DNA from: a virus
Lineage: Duplodnaviria; Caudoviricetes
Length of the DNA: 40,712 nt
Strand: one strand, 5' to 3'
Virus record (IMG/VR): IMGVR_UViG_3300013738_000002
Span: 1-40,712 of that record
Position 1 is the first letter of the stretch, and each line of letters starts with the position of its first letter. This document shows positions 1 through 7,668 of this stretch, piece after piece. The notes beneath the pieces were generated by a model, which saw nothing but the letters and a program-made list of their open reading frames with translations, had not been told where the DNA came from and did not search any database. Made by a program: the position numbers and the translations under genes.

Positions 1-127
1 CACCGTCTCGTAATCGACTGAAGCGCCTGGCGTTGCCGTCAGGTAACCCTGCTGCTCCCACACGTCATAGGGCGCGCGGTCACGCAGCGCCCGGTCTTTC
101 AGGCCGACCAGCGGCGCAAAGAACTCG
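1..127. repeat. 127-bp terminal direct repeat, left copy (circular-assembly overlap)
   Basis: 1-127 is identical to 40586-40712; it lies inside terL, whose frame continues across the join. Confidence 0.97.
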
Positions 128-1137
128 GCCTGCACGTGCCATTTCCGTTCCTCGTCGACGGCCGCGACGACCAGCGCCGTCAAGTCGTTTCGTGCCGACA
201 AGTCCAGCCCGATATAGCATCGCCCGTAGGCAATGGAGGCGAAATCCGGCTCCGCGCTGTTCTTCACCCAGATGGCGCGCGGGATAAACGGGCTGGTCTG
301 GCTGATCCGCTGGTTCAGGATCAGATTTCGGTAATTCGCCTCGCGCGATGGCATACGGCGCGCGGATTCGGCCTGGCTGCGCACTTCCTCCTTGTTCATG
401 AAGGCGTCGAAGTGCGGATTCGCCGCCTTGATGGCCTTCTCTGAGAACGGATCCAGCTCAAGTGGCGCGGTGTATAGCGCAATCTTGACCCGAGGATCCG
501 CCCCAGTCAGCGCATCGTCGATCAGCACCGACAGCAAGTCGGCATCGGTAGGCGCCTGGGTGCTGATGATGATCGAAAGCGGGTTCTCGTGGGCCGCCGA
601 GGCGGTTTCCAGCGCTTCGTAAAGCTCGTCGCGCGGCCCTTTCACCTGGCCGAGCTCGTCGTGCACCACGAATGCCGGCGATAGGCCGTAGGCCGTCGAT
701 GCATCCGCCGAGAGCGCACGGTATAGGGTGCCCAACTCGGGGCAAAACAACTGCTTTGCCGTGTCGCGCACCACAACGTACTGCGACAGGTCCGGCGACA
801 TGCGCGCCACCTTGGAGGCATAGCCGAACAAGATCGCAGCTTGCTCCCGCGACCGCGCTGCGCTATACAACTGACTGTTCGGAACCGCCTCCGGCCCGCA
901 CAGATGGAGTAGCAGCAGGAACGCCGAGAGCGCCGTCTTCGCGTTCTTCCGCGCCATGGACAGAATGAAGCGGCGCGTCGGCGAGTCGTAGATCTGCTTG
1001 ACCCATCTTCGCTGCTCGCGGGTCAGTACCACAGGCTTCCCGACCAGCTTGCCCTCGGGGATCCTGCAATGTGCCTCGATCCACGCGATATTGCGGGCGC
1101 CGCGGCTCGCTACCCTTTTGCGAGGGGCAGTTCCCAC
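1..1137 (-). CDS. terL: Terminase large subunit, N-terminal part (continues at 40585..40181; about 513 aa in total)
   Basis: Manual translation from GTG 1137: ...NIAWIEAHCRIPEGKLVGKP...FILSMARKNAKT (Walker A)...VVHDELG (Walker B); in frame with ORF 40181..40648; missed by the ORF track because of the window edge. Confidence 0.93.
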   Translation of the reverse strand, partial: MGTAPRKRVASRGARNIAWIEAHCRIPEGKLVGKPVVLTREQRRWVKQIYDSPTRRFILSMARKNAKTALSAFLLLLHLCGPEAVPNSQLYSAARSREQAAILFGYASKVARMSPDLSQYVVVRDTAKQLFCPELGTLYRALSADASTAYGLSPAFVVHDELGQVKGPRDELYEALETASAAHENPLSIIISTQAPTDADLLSVLIDDALTGADPRVKIALYTAPLELDPFSEKAIKAANPHFDAFMNKEEVRSQAESARRMPSREANYRNLILNQRISQTSPFIPRAIWVKNSAEPDFASIAYGRCYIGLDLSARNDLTALVVAAVDEERKWHVQAEFFAPLVGLKDRALRDRAPYDVWEQQGYLTATPGASVDYETV

Positions 1138-1562
1138 GGTTTTCTCGCCTTTGCCTGGCTCGCCAACTTGCGGCCGACCGTGGTCGGGTGCTCGACAGCC
1201 TGGCGCGTGATGCGCAGGCGCGTCGCCAGTGACGATGCCGCCCGGCTTTCGCGCTCAGCCATTGCCAACAGCCGGTCGTACCGCTTCAGGCCATCATCGT
1301 CGGCCAGCCAGGCACGATCGAAGTTCGCCATTTCGTCGGCGAGGATGCGAGCCTGAACGACGTGCCGGCAGTACAGCTCGAGCAACGGCGCGTGCGTCGC
1401 GCTGAAAACGCCGGCGGGCTGGTCATTCACCACCTCGAGCCAAACGCACCGCTCGGCATCGCTGATATGCAGAGGCGGCGCTAGGCGCTGTTCCGCCTCG
1501 ATGGGCGCAACGAGGGCCGCGACAGCCTGGGAAGCCGCCGATTTTCTGCCTCGCTGCGCCAT
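1110..1562 (-). CDS. terS: Terminase small subunit (P27/HK97-like)
   Basis: MAQRGRKS...PPLHIS...W...LLELYC...LATRLRITRQ; immediately upstream of terL. Confidence 0.88.
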   Translation of the reverse strand: MAQRGRKSAASQAVAALVAPIEAEQRLAPPLHISDAERCVWLEVVNDQPAGVFSATHAPLLELYCRHVVQARILADEMANFDRAWLADDDGLKRYDRLLAMAERESRAASSLATRLRITRQAVEHPTTVGRKLASQAKARKPWELPLAKG

Positions 1563-1599
1563 TTTTTGCCTCGCTTTGCCCTTTTTTGTCCACGTTTAT

Positions 1600-1665
1600 G
1601 GTTTCAAGGGAGACCGGTCGGTGTCCCGCGCCGCACCATCAGAGATGTGACGCCCCCTACCCTTT
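1600..1665 (-). other. Probable cos/packaging-initiation region
   Basis: Non-coding gap between HNH and terS with GGGTAGGGGGCGTCACATCTCTG, the G-run motif typical of HK97-like cos regions. Confidence 0.55.
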
Positions 1666-1702
1666 ACGCCTGTCTCGGCACGCCGCACGCGCCGAATGTG
1701 GC

Positions 1703-2002
1703 TCAATCTGCATTCCAATAGTGCGTCGGGCTGGTCGGTAGGCCGCTTGCATCACACCCGGACCGCTCGCGATAGCCCAAGTCACGCCGAGTCTTCTCGG
1801 TATGGCAGTCATCGCACAGGCCTTGCCTATTGGCCAGGTCATCGGCGCCGCCATTCACCAGCGCGACCACGTGATCGACCTCAGTAGCCGGCGTCACGAC
1901 GCCGCGCTTCTGGCACTTGACGCAAAGCGGATTCGCGGTCAGCGTGATCGCGTTCATCTCTTTGCGCTTTCGGCCGCGGATACGCTTGACGGGCTCGCGC
2001 AC
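1703..2002 (-). CDS. HNH endonuclease (terminase-associated, HK97 gp74-like)
   Basis: PLCVKC...ATEVDHVVALVNGGAD...NRQGLCDDCHTEKT; position upstream of cos/terS; GTG start overlaps the upstream stop. Confidence 0.9.
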   Translation of the reverse strand: MREPVKRIRGRKRKEMNAITLTANPLCVKCQKRGVVTPATEVDHVVALVNGGADDLANRQGLCDDCHTEKTRRDLGYRERSGCDASGLPTSPTHYWNAD

Positions 2003-2160
2003 TACTCGACCTTGATGCGCATCGCACGCTTGATGACGCGCTCGAGCTTGGCCTGATCTGGGACGCGGTTGGACAGCACAGCACAAAGCACCAAGATCGC
2101 CAGATATGGCTTGAGCCACCAAGCCACCTCTACTTTGAGCTGGACGTCGTACTTAGGCAT
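2002..2160 (-). CDS. Small hypothetical protein (52 aa) with a hydrophobic segment
   Basis: MPKYDVQLKVEVAWWLKPYLAILVLCAVL...; overlaps both neighbours. Confidence 0.65.
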   Translation of the reverse strand: MPKYDVQLKVEVAWWLKPYLAILVLCAVLSNRVPDQAKLERVIKRAMRIKVE

Positions 2161-2248
2161 ACGTCGCGCGCGCGCTTGGGCGCACGCCAAAGCAGGCGGC
2201 GACAGCAATGCCAGCGACAATGGAACAAAGGATCCAGATGTACATCAT
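2153..2248 (-). CDS. 31-aa hydrophobic peptide, first ORF of the late operon
   Basis: GAGGTG RBS then MMYIWILCSIVAGIAVAACFGVRPSARATYA*; overlaps the next start; below the ORF-track cutoff. Confidence 0.5.
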   Translation of the reverse strand: MMYIWILCSIVAGIAVAACFGVRPSARATYA

Positions 2249-2264
2249 CGTCGCCACCTCAAAT

Positions 2265-2322
2265 AGAAAAAGCCCGCGGGGTTAATGCGGGCAAAGGCCA
2301 GGCGGGGGCCTGGAGGAGACAC
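2265..2322 (-). ncRNA. Candidate anti-Shine-Dalgarno sRNA (resembles Betaproteobacteria toxic sRNAs), including its terminator
   Basis: GTGTCTCCTCCA + hairpin CCAGGC-CCCC-GCCTGG + terminator GCCCGC..GCGGGC-TTTTT. Confidence 0.5.
2267..2292 (-). terminator. Rho-independent terminator
   Basis: GCCCGC-ATTAACCCC-GCGGGC followed by TTTTT. Confidence 0.8.
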
Positions 2323-2395
2323 TGGTTGCGGCACCTGGAGTCGTCACCAGGAACCTCGGGCAGAAGCCCGCGCGCTACTGTTGCGCCATGCCGCA
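2323..2395 (-). ncRNA. tRNA-like RNA or pseudo-tRNA with a 4-nt anticodon loop
   Basis: TGCGGCA/TGCCGCA acceptor stem + A-CCA; D stem GCGC/GCGC; stem CGGGC-TTCT-GCCCG; variable loop AGGTT; T stem CCTGG-TGACGACT-CCAGG. Confidence 0.8.
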
Positions 2396-2402
2396 GAAAT
2401 GC

Positions 2403-2425
2403 AAAAAGCCCGCATGTGCGGGCTT
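2403..2425 (-). terminator. Rho-independent terminator just after the late promoter (tR'-like)
   Basis: AAGCCCGC-ACAT-GCGGGC-TTTTT. Confidence 0.85.
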
Positions 2426-2460
2426 AGGGCGAACTTCGGTACGGTATCGAATTGACGCGT

Positions 2461-2489
2461 ATTTTAGGCATGTTTTGCACAGAGGTCAA
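2461..2489 (-). promoter_or_regulatory. Late promoter (pR'-like, sigma70)
   Basis: TTGACC-N17-TAAAAT directly downstream of the Q-like gene and upstream of a terminator. Confidence 0.8.
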
Positions 2490-2504
2490 AAAGTTGACAG
2501 TTGC

Positions 2505-3080
2505 CTATGCAATCGCGCCCTCGGCAAGGATCATTCCGCGCTCGTCGACGGCCACGTCGAACGCTTCGAAAGCCCTGTGTTCCAAGCCCTTGAGCACTTT
2601 CACGATGGCCTGATTGTGCGCGCTGACCGTGTTGCGATTGACGCCACAGGATTCCGCAAGCTCGGTCAGTTTTACCTTTGCGCCGAAGAATCGCTGGACG
2701 CATCCGCTTCGCACCCGGTAGTGCGACAGTGTTCCACTGAGCGCCACGATTACATGCTCGGTCAGTTCGCTAATGGCTTCGCGCCAATCCGGGTTGGCTC
2801 GATAGCCGGCGCAGCACGGAGATCTGCATTCGCAGCGCAACACGCGCGGCGCGCATCTCGCAACCAGCACGGCGCGCTCGATCGGGGTGAGTTTCTGCAG
2901 CTCGGCCAGAACCATCCCGGCCTGCGCGGCACCGTCTAGGCCGACCAAGCCTCGGCCGCTGCCGACGCCACTGCCTTTGACCATCTTGGCCATCGGCGAT
3001 AGCGCGTATTGCTGGATGGAATAGTTCAGCGAGAACACCAGCGCCTCGCGCGAGTGCTTGAAAATCCCCGGTTCTTTCAC
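2505..3080 (-). CDS. Late transcription regulator / antiterminator (Q-like)
   Basis: Last gene of the early operon before promoter+terminator; Cys cluster CECRSPCC and C-terminal HTH (LTELAESCGVNRNTVS). Confidence 0.7.
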   Translation of the reverse strand: MKEPGIFKHSREALVFSLNYSIQQYALSPMAKMVKGSGVGSGRGLVGLDGAAQAGMVLAELQKLTPIERAVLVARCAPRVLRCECRSPCCAGYRANPDWREAISELTEHVIVALSGTLSHYRVRSGCVQRFFGAKVKLTELAESCGVNRNTVSAHNQAIVKVLKGLEHRAFEAFDVAVDERGMILAEGAIA

Positions 3081-3382
3081 AGTCGTCCCCCGTTAAGCAG
3101 CGCGATCGCCGCGTCAAGCAGATCCAGTTCCGTCATTTTTAGGATCCGCAAATAAGTCTTTTCCCCATGAACCCCGTTTCTGCCTTGGTGGCAGTCATCG
3201 TGGCAAAGCGGCAGCACCAGATAGTTGCCCGCCCGCTGCTGGCCGCCCTGCCCTTCGCGGATGTGGTGCACATCGGTAACAGATTCCTGGCTTCGGCCGA
3301 GTAGCGTGCAGCAGATGCAGGCCATTTCCTTGACCCGGCCCATGTAGGCAAATTCGGCCTTGGTCGGCGCCTTCTTGCTCAA
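3077..3382 (-). CDS. Ref/DUF968-like Zn-binding HNH-fold nuclease
   Basis: ACICC...DVHHIREGQG...VLPLCHDDCHQG. Confidence 0.7.
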   Translation of the reverse strand: MSKKAPTKAEFAYMGRVKEMACICCTLLGRSQESVTDVHHIREGQGGQQRAGNYLVLPLCHDDCHQGRNGVHGEKTYLRILKMTELDLLDAAIALLNGGRL

Positions 3383-3816
3383 GTCGTCTCCCCCGAGATC
3401 AAACCCGGCTGCTGCGGATCCAAAGGTTCCACCACGATCTCGGCTCGTGGATTGGCGCGATCGATGCCGTGATAGACGTGCTTTTCCCGCACCTGGCGAT
3501 CATTGGCATAGACGCCGCGCTGCACGAGCCGGCGCAGATCGCCCTTTCCGGCGTATTGAGCCTGCAGGACGTCCAGCAGCACCGATTCATCCAGGTCCGG
3601 GCGCTCGGTGGCATAGAACAGGCGCATGGTCACCCGCACCGGGCCCTCGAGCATCTGGCGCGCCGCCGGCGGGATCTGGCGCATTGCGTCGCGGGCGAAC
3701 TTCCGGGCCTTTTCCGACTTGATGCTGGCCGGTCTCCCATTGAGAGTGACGATCTTCCGGCTGTTGGCCTTGCTGGCGGCTTCGCCCAAGATGGTGAAGG
3801 CGATCTGGGTCGTCAT
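3379..3816 (-). CDS. rusA: RusA-family Holliday junction resolvase
   Basis: SKANSR...RPDLDES..LDVLQ...YANDRQV...NPRAEIVV; ATGA-coupled start at 3816. Confidence 0.8.
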   Translation of the reverse strand: MTTQIAFTILGEAASKANSRKIVTLNGRPASIKSEKARKFARDAMRQIPPAARQMLEGPVRVTMRLFYATERPDLDESVLLDVLQAQYAGKGDLRRLVQRGVYANDRQVREKHVYHGIDRANPRAEIVVEPLDPQQPGLISGETT

Positions 3817-4079
3817 GCCGCATGCCTCCGCCGTGCAGCAAACCATCCGCACCGCGCGCTCTTTTCGTCCATCCACTGGCAAGGCGCGACATCGGTCGGC
3901 CAGGTCGGCGTGCGCCACCAGGTCTCAAAGGCCTGCCAAGCCTCGGCCCGGCGGGCGGCCTCACCAGCAATGGCCCAGTCGCACTTTCTCGCCTCGAGGC
4001 GCCGGACGCCGTCGTCATCGCCGCAGTCGTTCAGGCAGTCACAGTTTCGCGGTTGCCTTGGCGCGGTCTGGCAGGTCAT
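3813..4079 (-). CDS. Cys-rich hypothetical protein
   Basis: 88 aa, ATGA coupling on both sides. Confidence 0.7.
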   Translation of the reverse strand: MTCQTAPRQPRNCDCLNDCGDDDGVRRLEARKCDWAIAGEAARRAEAWQAFETWWRTPTWPTDVAPCQWMDEKSARCGWFAARRRHAA

Positions 4080-4447
4080 GCGACCACCTCAGCAATCTCC
4101 GCAGCAGCACGCACGATGGCTCGACGCACAGCCTCCGCCCTGCCGGCATCGCCCTTGCCGGCTACCTTCTCGCTTGCGCCGTCAAGCCCTTGGGCTCCGC
4201 TGTACCAGCGTCCGACAGCCATCTGGCCGTCGACGAAGAAGATGCACAGACCCAGCCTTACCGCCAGCCGCAGTGCGTCGCCGTCATCCGTAAGGGGCCC
4301 ATACTGGCGCCATTGGCCGCCCTGCTCTCGGACGTGGATCACGACCAGGTCACGGGCGCGGTACCGGCGAACCTCAAACCCGGCAGCACGAGCGGCCTTT
4401 TCCGTGAGATCGAGATCCCCGGCGGATGGGATGGTCGGCCCGGTCAT
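4076..4447 (-). CDS. Hypothetical protein (123 aa)
   Basis: MTGPTIPS...GPLTDDGDALRLAVRLGL...RRAIVRAAAEI, a common phage motif; ATGA-coupled. Confidence 0.75.
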   Translation of the reverse strand: MTGPTIPSAGDLDLTEKAARAAGFEVRRYRARDLVVIHVREQGGQWRQYGPLTDDGDALRLAVRLGLCIFFVDGQMAVGRWYSGAQGLDGASEKVAGKGDAGRAEAVRRAIVRAAAEIAEVVA

Positions 4448-4719
4448 ATGCCACCTTCCTTGCTGGCTCGCCGCGTGCGCAGAATCTCGACCAAGCCGGC
4501 CCGGTCTATCTCGACGGCGCCGAACCTGAGCGCGAGCGCCCGCTTGCTCTTTGCGATGTCGAAGTGTTCGTGGTGCGTGCCGGCCTTCTGTATCCACTTC
4601 CGCTGCACGCCGATCTTGTCAGCCATGACCAGCAGTTCCTCAGTGGAGTCGGCGAGCATGTGGCACATCACCATGCGGCCGAAGCTGGCTTCCATGTCGT
4701 CAACGTAGACCGCCATCAC
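4444..4719 (-). CDS. DUF4031 family protein
   Basis: VYVDD...MCHMLADSTEEL...A.KIG...WIQ...HFDI..SKR..AL..GA. Confidence 0.85.
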   Translation of the reverse strand: MMAVYVDDMEASFGRMVMCHMLADSTEELLVMADKIGVQRKWIQKAGTHHEHFDIAKSKRALALRFGAVEIDRAGLVEILRTRRASKEGGI

Positions 4720-5729
4720 TCCCCCTTCTCTGCGTTGGGCGCCTCCGCACGCGGGGACGAGGCTCTGGAGAGGATGGTATTTGCAAACCGCGTGATGTAA
4801 TGCGTTGCGGCGGAATCGCTGTAGTCAGTTACCCGATTCCAGATGTCTGTCGCCTCAGCAAACGACATGGAAATCCGCGTCGCTGATGCTGCATACGATA
4901 GGGCCGCTTTCCATGCCGCAAGAGCGACACCCTCATCATGTTGGGTGAATCCGCTTGTGTCGTCTAGCCACTGTTCAAATGCCTTTCGCTCCGACAGCGC
5001 GCCTTGCTGCCGGGATGGCGCAGGCTCTGCCGGGGTGGCGGATTGCTCGGCTAGTACGGACTGCAATCGGTCGATTTCTGCGGCTGCATCACGTGGGTTC
5101 TCGTAGCACCACGTCCAGTCGGTTTCCGCCTGCGCTTCGGGGTTTCGGAATCCTTCGGACAGCATCGCAAAGCGTGTGTCGCGCCTAGCGTCCGCATATC
5201 CACGCTCATAGTCGGAAGATTCCCCCGTCGCAGCAGGTGGCGGCGCAGGGTCTGCGGGCTTATCGTCAAAACTGACCGGCCCAGGCTCCTTGCTGCCGCC
5301 GTAATACACCATTGTCTCTGCGGGCTGGGCGGCGAGTAGGCGAAGATCGTTGGCGATGCACTCTACCTTGGCATCCGTGACGTGCGCCATGTAAGAGCGC
5401 AGGATTTGACCCACCGATTCATTGCTCAGCGCGGCAGGCGATGCCGGCGCAGGAGCGGCGATCAGCCTATCCCGCGCAGCCGACAACTCCACCGTCAGAT
5501 GCGCGATCACCTGCGACGGCGTATAGCCTGCCACCTCGGGGCATACGGTCGCGGCGATGGCGATCTCGCGCCGGGTGGAGGCGGATTGGTTGGTGCTAAC
5601 GCAATCAGCAAAGCGCCCAAGCGCTGCATCCCATGCGTTCGTGCCAGGCGTAGCACCCATCAGGCCGCAGTCGCGCGCTAGGTTCCAGTCTTCGTCCCGG
5701 CACTGCGCCGGGGTGGTCGATTCGCTCAT
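4716..5729 (-). CDS. Hypothetical mosaic nin-region protein (337 aa)
   Basis: Long ORF, coupled on both sides, Ala/Pro linkers. Confidence 0.75.
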   Translation of the reverse strand: MSESTTPAQCRDEDWNLARDCGLMGATPGTNAWDAALGRFADCVSTNQSASTRREIAIAATVCPEVAGYTPSQVIAHLTVELSAARDRLIAAPAPASPAALSNESVGQILRSYMAHVTDAKVECIANDLRLLAAQPAETMVYYGGSKEPGPVSFDDKPADPAPPPAATGESSDYERGYADARRDTRFAMLSEGFRNPEAQAETDWTWCYENPRDAAAEIDRLQSVLAEQSATPAEPAPSRQQGALSERKAFEQWLDDTSGFTQHDEGVALAAWKAALSYAASATRISMSFAEATDIWNRVTDYSDSAATHYITRFANTILSRASSPRAEAPNAEKGE

Positions 5730-6004
5730 GCCATTACCTCGTCGAGCTGCTCGTCATGAACCGGCACGCCGCTGATGGGGCGCAAGAGGCTGTCCTTGAT
5801 GCAGGCCTCGCCGCTCACAAGCACGTCCTTGTCGCTGTACGCGTCCCTCACCAGCCTGGAGCCGGTGAATTCGATGTTCCAGCACGGCTCGCCGACGATC
5901 TCGGTCCAGCGCCTCGCCGGCTCCACTACGCGCACGACGAGACCGATTTCCGACGGGGTGAGCGAGCGCACGACGTACGCCAAGTCTCCGGGCTTGCAGT
6001 TCAT
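5726..6004 (-). CDS. Conserved phage hypothetical protein (MNCKPGDLA family)
   Basis: MNCKPGDLAYVV...DSLLRPI; ATGA-coupled. Confidence 0.8.
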   Translation of the reverse strand: MNCKPGDLAYVVRSLTPSEIGLVVRVVEPARRWTEIVGEPCWNIEFTGSRLVRDAYSDKDVLVSGEACIKDSLLRPISGVPVHDEQLDEVMA

Positions 6005-6303
6005 GATCCAACCACCTCCTCAGTGCCGTCCCACAGGAACTGGCCGACCGGGAAGTGGGCGTTGCAGGCACAGCAGAACGTGCCGCCGTAGAACTTCGGA
6101 TCACGAGCGTAGGTCTCGGCAAGCGCAAGGCCCATCCGCGTCACGGTGCCGCAAGTCTCGTGCAAGTATGTCTGCCGCACCGGGCGAACAAAGCCCCTGG
6201 CGCGCTCCTCTTCCGACAGCACCAGATAGGTCTTCTGCTGTCCCGGCTCGCCAAAGGCTTTGTGGTCTAGGTTCGGGTCGTTGGGATCGGTGGTCAGGCT
6301 CAT
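6001..6303 (-). CDS. Putative Zn-binding hypothetical protein
   Basis: HETCG...TFCCAC; coupled to neighbours. Confidence 0.8.
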   Translation of the reverse strand: MSLTTDPNDPNLDHKAFGEPGQQKTYLVLSEEERARGFVRPVRQTYLHETCGTVTRMGLALAETYARDPKFYGGTFCCACNAHFPVGQFLWDGTEEVVGS

Positions 6304-6563
6304 TGCGGCAATCCTCCCTGCTGGCGGGCCAGGCGCACGGCTTGGCGTCCGGAAATGATGGTCAACTCGAGGCCGCGCTCGGTTTCCTGCACGACGATGG
6401 TCGGGCCGCCTTCATTCGCGAAAAGGTCAGTCATCCCGCCGACGTCGCGCGCGGTGATCACTGCATGGCCCGCGGCGAACTTGTGGAGTAGGAGCGCGCA
6501 GAGCTTGTGCCAGTGGTCATGGACGGCGGCGGTCACCGGGTGGTTGGGGTTGAGTTCACTCAT
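6300..6563 (-). CDS. Hypothetical protein (87 aa)
   Basis: MSELNPNHPVT...WHKLCALLL; 3' part of ORF 6300..7001, RBS AGGAG. Confidence 0.7.
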   Translation of the reverse strand: MSELNPNHPVTAAVHDHWHKLCALLLHKFAAGHAVITARDVGGMTDLFANEGGPTIVVQETERGLELTIISGRQAVRLARQQGGLPQ

Positions 6564-6739
6564 GCGTGGCTCCTGAGCTTCTTGGCCTTGCGCTCGCGCT
6601 TGGCCGCGGCAGCGGCAATGGCGTCGTGGTCGGCCTGGGTTAGACGGCCCGGCTTGCGGGTCTCGGGTTGCAGCCGGCGCGCGGTGAGCGGCATGCCGAG
6701 GGCGGCGGCCAGCGCCGCGAAGATGGGAAGCGATTTCAT
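6560..6739 (-). CDS. Small basic hypothetical protein (59 aa)
   Basis: MKSLPIFAALAAALG...AAAAKRERKAKKL; ATGA coupling fills the gap exactly. Confidence 0.65.
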   Translation of the reverse strand: MKSLPIFAALAAALGMPLTARRLQPETRKPGRLTQADHDAIAAAAAKRERKAKKLRSHA

Positions 6740-7080
6740 GCGGGTACCTGGTCGGAACGGAAATGGCGGCGGGCCGGTAGGTCGATCTGCGCCGGGCGGA
6801 TGCGGAAGAAGGCGAGCAGCCGCGCGACCGGGGCAGTGATCTCGCGTCCTTGTGGCCGGGGCTGGGCCGGCTCCCGCTCGGCGAGCTCGGGCAGCGCGTC
6901 CGGATCCACCAACACCCAGACGCCGTACTCCAGCCGCCCGATCGCCCCACTCTGCTCAAGCGCGGACAGGCATTGGTGCACTGCCTGCCGCGAGACGCCA
7001 ATCTGCTTGCCGAAGCGGTGCGCGATGACCTCCTCGCCCCGGCGGAAGGCCTCGATGAGGTGTTGCCGGGTCGTTTTCAT
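6736..7080 (-). CDS. Winged-helix DNA-binding protein
   Basis: FGKQIGVSRQAVHQCLSALEQSGAI. Confidence 0.75.
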   Translation of the reverse strand: MKTTRQHLIEAFRRGEEVIAHRFGKQIGVSRQAVHQCLSALEQSGAIGRLEYGVWVLVDPDALPELAEREPAQPRPQGREITAPVARLLAFFRIRPAQIDLPARRHFRSDQVPA

Positions 7081-7448
7081 GCCGTGACTCCCTCGGGTTC
7101 GTCGTAGCAGACGTGCCTGAGGCTGGGCAGCTTGAGCTTTGGCGCCTTGAGCGGCATTCCCCAGGCCTCGAGCAGAGGCGCCATGTCGGCCTTGGTCCGG
7201 ACATGCTGGCCGGGCGGGCGCGGCTGATATCCGGCCAGCCCTTCCCTGTCGGCGGCGGTCCAGATCTTGATGTAGAAGTTGGCCCGCTTTTCCTTCCTCG
7301 CCTTGACCAAACCCAGGATGGCAAGCTTCCCCATCACGTCCGTCACGCCGCCTGGCGTGCAGCCGGCGGTCCTTGCGAACTCCGGGGCGATGATCTCGTC
7401 GCCGCGCAGCAAGGCTGCCACGACCAGTTCTCGTACGGTCACGGTCAT
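7077..7448 (-). CDS. Winged-helix DNA-binding protein (paralog of 6736..7080)
   Basis: FARTAGCTPGGVTDVMGKLAILGLV; shares N- and C-terminal motifs with its neighbour. Confidence 0.7.
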   Translation of the reverse strand: MTVTVRELVVAALLRGDEIIAPEFARTAGCTPGGVTDVMGKLAILGLVKARKEKRANFYIKIWTAADREGLAGYQPRPPGQHVRTKADMAPLLEAWGMPLKAPKLKLPSLRHVCYDEPEGVTA

Positions 7449-7455
7449 GGCGGCC

Positions 7456-7641
7456 TCAGTCGGAGATGATGGAAGTGCCGCACAGGCCGAAAGAGCCGGC
7501 GTCAGCAGCGATGCCCTCCTCGCTGCACGATTCCAGCAGCATGGTCACGCCGAGCGCTGTCGCGCCGTCTGCAGCCGAGGACAACATCACCGGCAAGCGC
7601 AGCAGGCGCGCGATCAGGTTGAGAATGACTTTCATCTCCAC
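7456..7641 (-). CDS. Small hypothetical protein
   Basis: GAGGAGGGAG RBS; 61 aa. Confidence 0.55.
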   Translation of the reverse strand: MEMKVILNLIARLLRLPVMLSSAADGATALGVTMLLESCSEEGIAADAGSFGLCGTSIISD

Positions 7642-7668
7642 TCCCTCCTCAGCTGGTCAACGGTTCCG

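Noticed and set aside
1-127. Terminal repeat as a biological direct terminal repeat
   Set aside because: It falls mid-terL and 127 is a common assembler k-mer length; the HNH-terS-terL layout points to cos packaging instead
2323-2395. Canonical decoding tRNA
   Set aside because: A 7-nt anticodon loop cannot form, and the TTC and D-loop GG are missing; reported as tRNA-like instead
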